The notes below the pieces were generated by a model, which was given only the letters and a program-made list of their open reading frames with translations, had not been told where the DNA came from and did not search any database. DNA of 64,000 nucleotides, from positions 48,174,001 to 48,238,000 of the forward strand of contig NC_043010.1 of NCBI RefSeq assembly GCF_006345805.1, read 5' to 3'. The position numbers and the translations under genes are program-made. The stretch is from Octopus sinensis (lineage: Eukaryota). Positions within the stretch are counted from its first letter, which is position 1. Every line of letters starts with the position of its first letter. Shown piece after piece: positions 52,680 through 64,000 of this stretch.

Positions 52680-53200
52680 TAAGTACATAGGTATGTCAGG
52701 AGTAACATCAATGAATATTGGGAAGCATGGAATTTTTTAAGGATAGCATGTCCTGACAGCAGACAATGGGAGCAGGTAGTTTATTCAATGCTTTTTGAGC
52801 ATAAAAAACTGTTTTCGAAAGTCATGCGTGCTATGTTGCTTTTTGATTTTATAAGCATATTTATAGATGGTAAAGCTATTGAATTATAAAAAAAGTGGCC
52901 AAATTTGTTGTTGGGAAATGGTGGATAATCTTGTGGGCTTCCACCAAGTCTGTTGTTAGATGTCAAAACTTTAATATATTGGTACCCAGAGAAGCAACAG
53001 GTTCGAGATATAAGTGATTGATGTAGAGTATTTGTTTGGTTGCACATCTCTGGAGAGCTTCCAGTAGTTTGATATTCTGGACAAGAGGGTGTTCCAGAAT
53101 AGCGATACAAACTGTGAACATACCAAAGCCATACATAGCTTTAAATGGTCAGTTAGTAGCTGATAAGTCTAAGTGAGGCTAAGACATCTTTGACTGTTTT
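52680..53200 (-). mobile_element. Decayed CR1-group LINE 3' fragment
   Basis: LVQNIKLLEALQRCATKQI...TDLVEAHKIIHHF aligns by eye to the CR1 copy at 55574-56240. Confidence 0.65.
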
Positions 53201-53974
53201 GATGATTTAAGAAATGTGGTTTGTTCAAAAAAACCATTGTTGATAATAATGTCTATGTTGTGTTTGCCAGCAAACTTCTTAACCCTTTTGTTACTGTATT
53301 TATTTTGAGATGCTCTGTGTTTCTTTCAATTACTTTAAATATTACAAAGAATTTAGTAAAATAACTTAGTTATCATTCAGCTAGTGTTAGGAACATATAT
53401 TGTGACTAAGGTTTGGTGGAAAATTCTAATTCAAAACTTATGAAAAGATATTTGTACTACAGAGCCAGAGCTGGTTTCAGCCAGGTTGGTAACAAAAGGG
53501 TTAATGTTGGTTGAGAAGGGATTAGGTAAATTCCAGGATTTTCTTCCAGAAATATATAGCAATGTACATATCCACAGCCTGTTTGGGTTACCAGTTAGCA
53601 ATCCATTACCACTTTGCGTCCAGGTCAAATTGCAGGAAAGATCCACAGCTTATAGTATTTGCTCTTTTCATGGTACAGCTTAATGTTACCTGTATATTTT
53701 AACACAGTAACATGCATCAAGTTATCATCTATTTTGCTAATATATGCAACAAACAACTGGAGACCAAAAGCAGATCCCTGTAGGGCCCCAGGTGTTATCA
53801 CACAGTGTGAAAATATCCTTGTACTGTGACTTTATGTTGACTGAGAACGAAGGACTTCAACCGGTTATAAAGTTAGCCTTCATATTCTAAAGCATAGAGC
53901 AATAATGTATTTATATGCAGGTAACCATTGGTCATTCTATGGCCAGACATATACTTGACTGCATATATATATAT

Positions 53975-54940
53975 AAAGAGAAAAACAAGTAGTTTTAAAT
54001 CTCTGAGCAAGAAATAAGTAGTATAAGTAGTAACAGTACTACAGAGTAATGTCTATTTGCCAGCATAAAGTGGCAGTCCTGATTAGGATGATGTTACTAC
54101 CTTTTTAGCCCTAGGAAAATATCTTTTCCAGCTGGATATCAACACACAACTGCATCCTTATACTCTGAACAAGGGAGCTAGTGTCCCCACTCAGCCTTAA
54201 ACGGTACCTGCGGAGCAATGGTTCCTGGGTTATTTCTCTTCATCGGCACAGAGTAGCACTAGGCCTTGCTTGAAGTATATACTTTTAAAGTGACACATAG
54301 TCACTGATCTCGTAAAGAGAAAAACAATTAGTTTTAAATCTCTGAGTGAGAAATAAGTAGTAACTGTACTACGGAATAAAGTCTATTTGCCAACATAAAG
54401 TGGCAGTCCTGATTAGGATGGTGTTACTACCTTTTTAGCTGGCTATCGACACACAACTGTGTCCTTATACCTCAAACAAGGGAGCTAATGTCTCCACTCA
54501 CCCTTAAACGGTACTTGCGGACCAATGGTTTCTGGGTTATTTCTCTTCCTTGGCACAGGATAACAGTTGGCTAAGATGCCAGCACTAGGCCTTGCTTGAG
54601 GTATATAGTATTAAAGGGACACACAGCTACTGATCTCGTAAGTAGAAAAGCAATTAGTTTTAAATCTCTGAGTGAGAAATAAGTAGTAACTGTACTACGG
54701 AGTAAAGTCTATTTGCCAACATAAAGTGGCAGTCCTGATTAGGATGATATTGCTATCTTTTTTAGCCCCAGGAAAACATGTTTTTCAGCTGCCTATCAAT
54801 ATACAACTGTGTTGGGGTATAAGGACATAGTTGGGTATCAACAGCCAGCTGGAAAAGATATTTTCCTAGAGTTAAAAAAAAGGTAGTAACATTGTCCTAA
54901 TTAGGACTGCCACTTTATGTTGGGAAATAGACTTTATTCT
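53975..54940. repeat. Tandem repeat of about 330 bp (2.5 units) followed by an inverted partial unit
   Basis: Units start at 53975, 54314 and 54640. 54811-54940 is the reverse complement of the unit interior. Confidence 0.9.
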
Positions 54941-55139
54941 GTCTGTCTCATACACACACACATATATATATATATATGGTGTGTTATGAGAATTTATGGA
55001 AAAGTATCCTATGGAAACTCAACAAATGTTAAAAATAGAGACGAGAAGATGTTAAAATTTGAAAGAATTTTAATATATGCATACAATCATTTCAAACAGC
55101 AATACTAACATGTAAATAACATTACCCGAATAACTGATG

Positions 55140-56392
55140 GTGGCTCCTGGGTGGATGTCGTTTACCTGGGCTTTGCTAAGGCTTTTAATTCTGTGCCACA
55201 CAAAAGACTTATGGTGAAACTCTCTGCAATGGGTGTAAGAGATGATCTCTATAACTGGTTGAGGTCCTTCATTATTGGCCGAAAAGAAGTTGTCACAGTT
55301 CTAGGACAGCACTCTTCACCCTATGAAATGACATCTGGTGTACCACAGGGATCTGTTCTTGGTCCCCTTTTATTTGTTGCATATGCTAACGACATAGATG
55401 CCAACTTAAAGAATGCCACAGTTCTGAAATATGCAGATGACATCAAGCTGTACCTCAAAATAAAGAGGACAGATCCTGTACACCATAGATCTTTATTGCA
55501 ATCAGACTTGGACACAATGCAGCAGTGGATCATGGACTGGCAACTCAAGCTGGCTGTGGACAAATGAACCACCATGCATTATGGGAGGAAAAACCCAGCA
55601 TCCACTTACTCCCTCCACAACACTAATCTCAAAAAGTCTTCTTGTGAACGTGACCTGGGCATTATTGTCGACAGCAATTTGCGTTGGACAAAACACATTG
55701 CTAAAATTGCCAAGAAGGCTGAGGGTGTCTTGGCATCACTTACCAAGTCCGTTGTGAGCCGCTCTCTGGTTATCTATCTGAGGCTTTATATAGCTATGGT
55801 GCAGCCTCATCTGGAATTTGCATCACCAGTCTGGAACCTCTATCTTGCCCAGGATATTAATCGTCTGGAAACCGTTCAGCGACGTGCAACCAAGAGAATA
55901 CCCTCCATCAGGCATTTGCCATATTCTGAACGCCTTACTTCCCTGGGCATGGATACATTGAAACTCTGACGTCTGGCAACTGACTTGGCAGACACCCATA
56001 AAATTATTAACCATCTTACCAACAATGTCTCTGAGCACCTTTTTAAACTCCACCTGTCTAACACCCGTGAACATGTTTACAAAGTCAGAAAACAGCACAG
56101 CTCCCATGACTTTTGGAAACATTTTTTCACACTAAGAGTTGCTGAAGCATGGAACAAACTGCCGGCATCAGTTGTTAGTTGTCAGAGCACTGCATCCTTC
56201 AAAACTTCCATGCTTCCTGAGATTCGCCAACACTACACCTGATTTTCTCCCCTCCATACACACGCAAGTATGTATCTGACTCATACACTGTTCACTTCCC
56301 AGACATTCGTACATTACTGTATATGCTTTATAAGCACTTTTGACAAGTTGTGGTGCACCTGAGCACTGAATACAATAATTTCATTATATTAT
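55140..56392 (+). mobile_element. 5'-truncated CR1-group LINE: reverse transcriptase pseudogene and 3'UTR
   Basis: DVVYLGFAKAFNSVPH, SGVPQGSVLGPLLF, KYADDIKL and RPHLE-like QPHLEFASPVW motifs, with in-frame stops at about 55565 and 55967. 3'UTR ggtgcacctgagcactg(t/a)atacaataatttcatt. Confidence 0.92.
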
Positions 56393-57749
56393 ATTATATA
56401 TATGGCATTTGTGCTTTGACTGGAGCATTAGAGCGTTTAGCTCTTATTTCTAGTAGTGTGGGTGTTTCTAACATTCTCAGTCATTCAATGACGGTTATAG
56501 TTTTCCTTTTTAGTACACTTTGCTTACCGCTGCCTACATTACACACACACACACGCATATGTATACCTGTATTTAATTTATAAGTATGTGTGTGAGTACA
56601 TATCCATACATCCAAATATATACATACATGCATATACGCGTATATATACACACGCATACGCGTGTATACATGTGCACGCACGCGTTAAATGTTTAGTCAT
56701 GAATGGATGATTTGTAAAAAATGATCGTGATAATTTTGTCTACCATTACAATTCAGCATTCTCTGGTTCTATTTTCAAATCTAAATGAACCATTTAAAAA
56801 AATGTTAAATTTCCCACGTATGTATATACAAACGAAAAAATGCCTTTACATATGAAACGGCAGCACTTATGACCTCAGTCAAAGCTTTTGAGTCCTGGGA
56901 GGTGTATGGAAAAGAAACCCTATTAGATCTCGTCAGACTGCTTACTGCAAGTAGGATTACAAAAGAAACATTACATGACCAGATGGTAGAGTTAAACTGC
57001 AATTTATTAAGTCTACCACTCCTTAACAGATACAATCTATCTGATGGGCTTCTGTGGTTTCCGTCTACTCAATTCACTCAGAAGATTGGATTAACCAGTG
57101 GTTATGGTTAAAAGACACAGGTTTGAAGAGCTGCAGAGCGGTAGACTGAGAGATAAAAGAAACAACTGTTATATTTTTTACTTATATATTAGCGTTTCTC
57201 TTATTTCTTTGGCCTCAACAAAATAAGACGAAAACAGGCTGTATTTATTCAAAAGTTGCAGAACTTTAATTAATGGTTCAAGGGAGATAACCAGAAGAGA
57301 AATTTGAGGGCAATATCAGATTTTGCTGAAATGCGCTTGTTCACGAGAAACATGGATAAAATAAGATATTAGATAAGAGAAGGAATGCAAAAGTGAAGTA
57401 ACAGTTTCTAGATTTGTTAAATTTCTAAAATCAAGTTTGAAGATGTAAGGAAAATACGGAAAGGTATCTTTTTTACTTGTTTTGGTCACTGGAGTAGGAC
57501 CCTGCTGGGGTACTGTCTTGAAGTGCGTAGCCAAATAAATCCAATCCAGTACTTATTTTTAAACTTCTGGTATTTATGCTATCAGTCCCTTTTGCTGAAC
57601 CGCTTAGTTATGGAAACGTAAACAAACCAAGCAGTGGGAAGGAGAGCATCAGAAGTCTAACAGTGTGCCCTTTTCAAGGAAATAAAAAAAAAATGAAAGA
57701 AACAAATGAATAAAATATTTTGGAAGTTCAGGATGGTTGGATAGATTTA

Positions 57750-58100
57750 TAATAATAATAATGAAATTATTGTATACAGTGCTCAGGTGCACCACAGCTT
57801 GTCAGAAAGTGCGCATAAAGTATATGCAGTAATGTACAAATGTCTGGAAAGCGAACAATGTATGAGTCAGATACATGCTTGTGTGTGTATGGAGGGGAGG
57901 AAATCAGGTGTAGTGTTGTCGAATCTCAGAAAGCATGGACGTTTTGAAGGATGCAGTGCTCCGACAACTAACAATTGATGCCGGCAGTTTGTTCCATGCT
58001 TCAGCAACTCTCAGCGTGAAAAAATGTTTCCGAAAGTCAGGGGAGCTGTGCTGTTTTTTGACTTTGTAAATATGTCCACGGGTGTTAGACGGGTGGAGTT
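57750..58100 (-). mobile_element. CR1-group LINE 3' end
   Basis: Reverse complement of the 55.9-56.4 kb 3' end with (ATT)n tail. A shorter copy lies at 38455-38524. Confidence 0.8.
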
Positions 58101-58311
58101 TGAAAAGGTGCTCAGAGTTATTTAGAAGTGATGTAATTGACTTTGCCCCTCTCCTGAACTTGCTGGCCTTTCGCCAAAATTTGAAACCAATGCTATGGCT
58201 ATGATAATGCCGTTGGAGTATTGGGATGAATATTTTTGCTCCAAATTATGCTGCTAACCCTTTGCCTGTCCTGTTTATCATGCAATACGCAGAACATATT
58301 TCATATATATA

Positions 58312-58692
58312 GGCATAGGAGTGGCTGTGTGAAAAGTAGCTTTCTTACGAACCACATGGTTCCGGGTTTGGTCCCACTGCGTGGCACCTTGGGAAAGTGT
58401 CTTCTACTATAGCCTCGGGCCGACCAAAGCCTTGTGAGTGGATCTGGTAGATGGAAACTGAAAGTAAGCCTGTTGTATATATGTGTGCGTGTTTATGTTT
58501 GTGTGTCTGTCCCCCCAACATCGCTTGACAACCGATGCTGGTGTGTTTACGTCCCTGTAACTTAGTGGTTCGGCAAAAAAGACTGATAGAATAAATACTA
58601 GGCTTACAAAGAATAAGTCCTGGGGTAGATTTGCTCGACTAAAAGGCGGTGCTCCAGCATGGCCACAGTCAAATGACTGAAACAAGTAAAAC
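58312..58692 (+). mobile_element. Full-length family A CORE-like SINE
   Basis: Complete head to tail. Other partial copies at about 2085-2358, 6205-6545, 10150-10560, 11395-11770, 17640-17780, 21980-22145, 29490-29780, 41235-41395, 47090-47280 and 49730-50325. Confidence 0.88.
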
Positions 58693-59984
58693 AGTATATA
58701 ATGCACATTCCTAATTTTTTCAACCACTAGAGTAACTTGGGACTTATTAGCAGAAAAATTTATATTGCCCCAAGTGTATGAAACAAGGGCTAATTAAAAG
58801 TTTGAAAACAAGCATAGACGTTTAGGATAAACTTATGACAATACTTCATCATCATCATCATTTAGCGTCCGTTTTCCATGCTAGCATGGGTTGGACGGTT
58901 CAACTGGGGTCTGTGAAGCCAGAAGGCTTCATCAGGCCCAGTCAGATCTGGCAGTGTTTCTACGGCTGGATGCCCTTCCTAACGCCAACCACTCCGTGAG
59001 TGTAGTGGGTGCTTTTTACGTGCCACCCGCACAGGTGCCAGACAGAGCTGGCAAACGGACACGAACGGATGGTGCTTTTTACGTGCCACCAGCACAGCTA
59101 ATTAAGCTCTCTTTGCAGATTCTGCTGATTTTATAGGAGCTAAATCATTACTGAAACACCATTGATCAGAGAGGTTTGCTGAACCAAGGCTTCCCAGGTT
59201 TAATCATCTACAACCACAATAGACTGTTGTTCTCTCCAGATGGGGATTTATCCCTATTTTTAGCAGCTCATGTGACTGCACAGATGATTCCTCATTGGCT
59301 ATCACCAGTTGTTGTTGTTGTTTAGCCCAGGTCAGCTCTGCTCCAGTTGACCAATCGCCAAAGGCGTTCCACTCATAACTATCTCTGTTGTTCATTTTTC
59401 AGGTGTTATTTAAAATGATGTTTTAAATATTAATATTTCTATTTTTGAAAACCATTGGATGTATTCCACTGAATATAGGTAAATAGCCCTTCAAACAGAT
59501 GGTCACTAGCGACACTTGCAGGGTTCGGCTGCTCTGCATTGATAAAGGGAAAATACCCTGAAACTAGTCTGCAGATGCCTGACCAGCAAGGGGAAGCAGC
59601 TGACCTCCCCTGTTCGAAGGTTATAATGGACACAGGTTCATGTGTCACATAGCTAGCTAGAGGCAATGGCCTCTTGGAGCTAATCAACAACAGCATTCGT
59701 CCTATATTTCAGGACTGCCATATTAGCTTGGCGATAACTATTAAAATGATGTTTGTTTTCAATATTTTTATGGATTTTATCAAAGAAATTTCAATCATGG
59801 ACAATTCTAGCATGTTGGTTAACAGCAATAGGGGAGTGGGTGAGGCACAAGGAGTAATATTTACTGTGACTGAGAAAAAAATATAATTTTTTTACAAATT
59901 TCCACTACCTTTCAAAAACCATATCAGATCAGCAAACAACCTTCACTAAATGCATTAAAAACATTATTAACATTTTCAGAATAC

Positions 59985-60984
59985 TACGGGATGGGCTGAA
60001 CAATTTGTAGACTGACTATGCTAGCGCTGTGAAATCTTGCATGCATTAATTTCATCTCTTCTTATTCATATCAGGAAAGCTGACACCTGACAGTTGAAAG
60101 AAGACTTCAAAAAGTAATTAGTAGTGACTTTTCTTGAAAATCAACATAGGAGAGAAAGAGATAGGCTTGTAGATTACTCAGTGTCTGGATGTCCTGCAAT
60201 TGCCACCACTGAGGGAAACATTGATTGTAGAGAATATTCTATACAATGAACTTGGCATGATGAAGGTTTCTGCTCAGTAGATGCTATGTCTTCTGACACC
60301 TGATCACATCATGGCAAAATCTGATGTTGTTTGAAGCAGATCCAGCTGGTTTCCTTGAACATTTCCTAATCCATGATGGGTGCTGGCTTCATCACTTTGA
60401 GGCAGAGACAAAAAGCCAATCCATGCAGTGGAAACACCTCTCCTCACCTGCTCCAAAGATGGCCAATGTCATTTCATTTGTAGGGAAGGTGATGGCCTCA
60501 GTTGTTTGGGATGCAAAAGGGGTTGTGTTTATTGACTATCTTCAGAAGGGGTATACCAAGAATGGAGAGTACCATGCTAACTTGTTGAGGCAGTTATGAA
60601 AGGCTATCAAGACTAAACACACAGGAAAACTGACAAAAGGGGTTTGTTTCATCAGGACAATGCTTCAGCACAACAAGTCCTTGATTTCAATGGCTGATGT
60701 GCATGACTGTGGCTTTGAACTTATTGACCATCTCTATTCTCCTGATTTGGCCCCATTTGGCTATTATCTGTTCCCCAAGATGGCTGGGAACTAGCATGGC
60801 AGTGATGATAATGTCATATCTGCTGTTGATGACTTTTTTGAGCAAATGGAATCCAAGGACTTCAACATTGATGGAAGAAGCATATTGACTGCAGCGGGGG
60901 TGCTATATTGAAAAATAAACCTCATTTGGTCACATTCCATGCAAGTATCTTGGTCAGCCAACAAACTTTTAAGTTGAACCTCAA
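59985..60984 (+). mobile_element. Defective mariner transposon (internally deleted, DD34D-type transposase remnant)
   Basis: WLHHFEAETKSQSMQW, GKVMASVVWDAKGVVFIDYL, HQDNA and YSPDLAP motifs. Imperfect TIRs TAcgggatgggctgaacaatttgtagactgac / gtcagccaacaaacttttaagttgaacctc. Confidence 0.88.
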
Positions 60985-61773
60985 ATTTCAAAAGAATATC
61001 CCCATTTTCTTTGGGCATATAAAAGAAAAATTTAGGTGGAGCAAAATGAGCAAGACAAATGATGGTAAGTTTGGTTTTTCAGTTCTCTAGAATTATATTT
61101 GAAAAAAAAAAAAGAAAAAGATTCATATGCATAAATATCCATCCTTAGACATCAGAAAGATTAGAAATGCAACAAAAATTAAAGATATCTAGGTCAAGTG
61201 AAAGAGATTCATGGAAAAATGACAGCATAAAATTAATGAAACACGACTAAATCTAAAAACTCAGCATAAAATACTCTCTATGGCTTCTTCCCGATCTACT
61301 GGGCTTGCTCTCTCCTTGATATATTTAGGTACCATGCAATTAAAGAAAAGAAATTGCTGAAATTAGTCATTACTTATTTTGCCCCAGTTTAGACATCTTT
61401 TTGAAATCCATCAACGTTAGTGTGGATAAAAACTGGCTTGGAGAATCCATCAGAGAAAAGAATTTTGATTGTTAAACATCAGATAATTTATTAGCAATCT
61501 CAATTGCAATTGAGTCAGAAGTTGAGGAAAAATTCATTGGATGAAAAAGTACCTGTTTCAAAATCTCAACTTCAATAACTATTCTGACCAACTCCTGAAG
61601 ATGATGCATCAGTTCAAAATTACAATGTAATACCTGCAGTGTAATATTTCGAGTATTTTATTTTCATATATATTCAACGTGGTCAATTAGCTAAGTTGAT
61701 AGAGTATCAGGTAGATTGCTGTGTAATAAGCATTTTGAGTTCAAATCCAGCCGAAGTCGATTTTATCTTTTAA

Positions 61774-62172
61774 GGCGGCGAGCTGGCAGAATCGTTAGCA
61801 CGCCGGGCGAAATGTGCAGCCGTATTTCGTCTGCCGTTACGTTCTGAGTTCAAATTCCGCCGAGGTCGACTTTGCCTTTCATCCTTTCGGGGTCGATAAA
61901 TTAAGTACCAGTTACGCACTGGGGTCGATGTAATTGCCTTAATCCGTTTGTCTGTCCTTGTTTGTCCCCTCTATGTTTAGCCCCTTTGTGGGTAATAAAG
62001 AAACAGGTATTTCGTCTGCCGCTATGTTCTGAGTTCAAATTCCGCTGAGGTCGACTTTGCCTTTCATCCTTTCGGCGTCGATAAATTAAGTACCAGTTGC
62101 GTACTGTGGTCGATCTAATCGACTAGCCAGCTCCCCCCAAATTTCGGGCCTTGTGCCTAGTGTAGAAAAGAT
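61774..62172 (+). mobile_element. tRNA-derived Deu/Nin-domain SINE (family B), with internal duplication
   Basis: ggcggcgagctggcagaatcgttagc head and gttcaaattcc B box. The block ggtcgactttgcctttcatcctttcggggtcgataaattaagtaccag resembles the Nin/Deu central domain (recalled, not searched) and is present twice. Confidence 0.85.
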
Positions 62173-62479
62173 TTTATTTTCATATATAACATATAAACAT
62201 GTACATGTTTCAGAACATTATCGTTTTATAAGATTTTGCTGGCAAATTTTAAAATTAACATAAACATTTATTTACATGAAATGGTTTCAATAAAACAAAA
62301 AGAAAACGAATATAAAAAATTTGCCATTTTACCCATTCTCTCCCCCCACCACACCTGAATCTAGTTATTTGTTGTTTAGCCACAGGTCTGCCCTGATCAA
62401 GCAGAACGATGATCAAAAGCAGTAGTGTAGTATAGTGTATCCTGAAATACAACTATGTCCTTTAAAAAATGTTAGGGTG

Positions 62480-63300
62480 TGACAGAAAAGAGTTATTGAT
62501 TTAAAAAAGATGAGATGGTCACGCATGGCATGCTTTTAAAGGAGTCTGGGCGGTCACGGTAGGGACGTCTTTAAAGAAAGCGGGCATTAAGAAACCTGAT
62601 TTTAGGCCTCCGTGTATTTTTGCGCGTCTGTGCACTCATGTATCCACGAATGAATCGGACATGTTATTTCCTATTTTGTAAAGTTTGTTTCATACACTAA
62701 ACTAGATAATGTAGATACTCGTTAGAAGACGAGATGGTCATAGTCGGAAAGTCTTCGATCATAGATAGATCTGCTCGTTGAGTCTTCGCATCGTGGTTAA
62801 GCAACAGTTAAAAAGTAGGCAATGGATTGGCCGAATCGTTAGATCGTTGGACAAAATGTTGCCTGCCGCTACGTTCTGAGTTCAAATTTCGCCGAGGTCG
62901 ACTTTGCCTTTCATCCTTTCAGGGTTGATTAAATAAGTACCAATTACGCACTGGGGTCGATATAATCGACTTAATCCGTTTGTCTGTCCTTGTTCGTCCC
63001 CTCTGTGTTTATCCCCTTGTGGGTAGTAAAGAAATAAGTATTCAGTGAGTTACAGCCCTTTACGTTCTCAGTTCAAATCCCACCGATTTCAACTTTGCCT
63101 TTCACCCTATCTCGGAATCGATAAAGAAAGCATCAGTTATGTACTAAATCAATTACTTATAATGCATTCAAGATACGAACGAATTCAGGTAAAAGGTAAC
63201 AAATTCACCAACAATAAAGTAAAACTGTTGTGAGCAGTAAGTAAATCAGTTAGTGCTCATGCGCTTACTTTGAAATGCAGACGCTTAGAAAGTTGGGGAA
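62480..63300. promoter_or_regulatory. Second CpG-retaining region, possible promoter
   Basis: Local CpG enrichment in non-repeat sequence at 62520-62820. SINE copies nearby retain their CpGs. A minus-strand donor-like AAA|gtaagc lies near 63268. Confidence 0.25.
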
Positions 63301-64000
63301 AGCATGATGAATACGTATTTTTTCCTACATGCGAATTCCTTTTAAAAATATGCGTGTGAACTAGTAAGTCTTCATTTTCAATTACATCTATGAGAAGAAT
63401 ATACTAACTAGTTTTATATTTTACAGTGTTATTGCTTTTGTCTTTTACATATTCCAATGTTTAACTTGCTTTTGAAACAGCCTCTGTTTTCTTACTAATT
63501 TTGTTTTTCGTTCTGAACAGGACGCTTTTTCTTTCCCTCTTTTCATTTCGAAAAGATGTTTAAATAGAATATGTTCAGTTTATTAGTGATTTTTACTGTA
63601 TGGAAAATCACTTGAAGATAGAAAAAGACAAATTCGGAATTTGGATAAATAAACAATATCGGACAAATACAATAAAATACAAGCATTCCTTATATAATAG
63701 ATATGGTATAAGAAATTTTGAAAAGGTGAAACTGGAACTTATGGCATTCATGCCTTTCGAAAAATGTCAGTGATACAAAGAAAGCCAAAGCGAAAAAAAT
63801 AATTAATCGGCTTCATAGTTCATAGTTCTTAGTTCGCTTAAAAGATACTGTGCATATGTGTTTTATGGTGCTTACACACCATTTTAAAATAGAAATACGC
63901 CAGCAGGATCTGCTGTTGCATCATGTAACGTCCTTGTTCCATGCTGGCATAGGTTGGGACAGCTTGAGAGGATCCGATGGGCTCAAGGTCTGCATTGTAT

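Noticed and set aside
56869-57111. 80-aa plus-strand ORF
   Set aside because: No motif, and its 3' end runs into a SINE fragment.
59439-59696. 85-aa minus-strand ORF in GC-richer unique sequence
   Set aside because: No recognisable domain, and no convincing splice sites or start context.
61380-61640. Partially open frames (VLHCNFELMHHLQELVRIVIEVEILKQ on minus; SLDIFLKSINVSVDK on plus)
   Set aside because: Interrupted by stops with no identifiable family. The splice signals are weak, and a hAT resemblance was too faint to call.

Overview
AT-rich, repeat-saturated animal genomic DNA. The SINE, MITE and LINE repertoire and the (TA)n density point to a coleoid cephalopod, most likely Octopus; this is an inference. 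No complete protein-coding gene, RNA gene or CRISPR array is supportable, and nearly all long ORFs in the track are microsatellite artefacts. The window holds dozens of tRNA-derived SINEs (a CORE-like family with an internal microsatellite, a Deu/Nin-domain family, and an RTE-tailed (GAT)n family). It also holds TTAA- and TA-flanked MITEs and decayed fragments of RTE, CR1, L1/Tx1, R4/Dong-like, Gypsy, mariner, pogo/Tigger and Helitron elements. A CpG-retaining region at about 42.5-44.7 kb and a few well-formed minus-strand exon candidates (44.4 kb, 37.9 kb, and an ATG-bearing exon at 2.6 kb) suggest that most of 2.6-44 kb is intronic to one minus-strand gene, which is speculative. The most interesting signals are RNA-structural. 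These are a 206-bp insertion flanked by a 13-bp TSD that folds on paper into an HDV-like ribozyme (14.6 kb), a second HDV-like fold (13.4 kb), three Penelope-type minimal hammerhead relics with core changes at CpGs, and five long fold-back palindromes. I cannot claim a new biological system. These are testable candidates identified by eye, without folding software or database searches.
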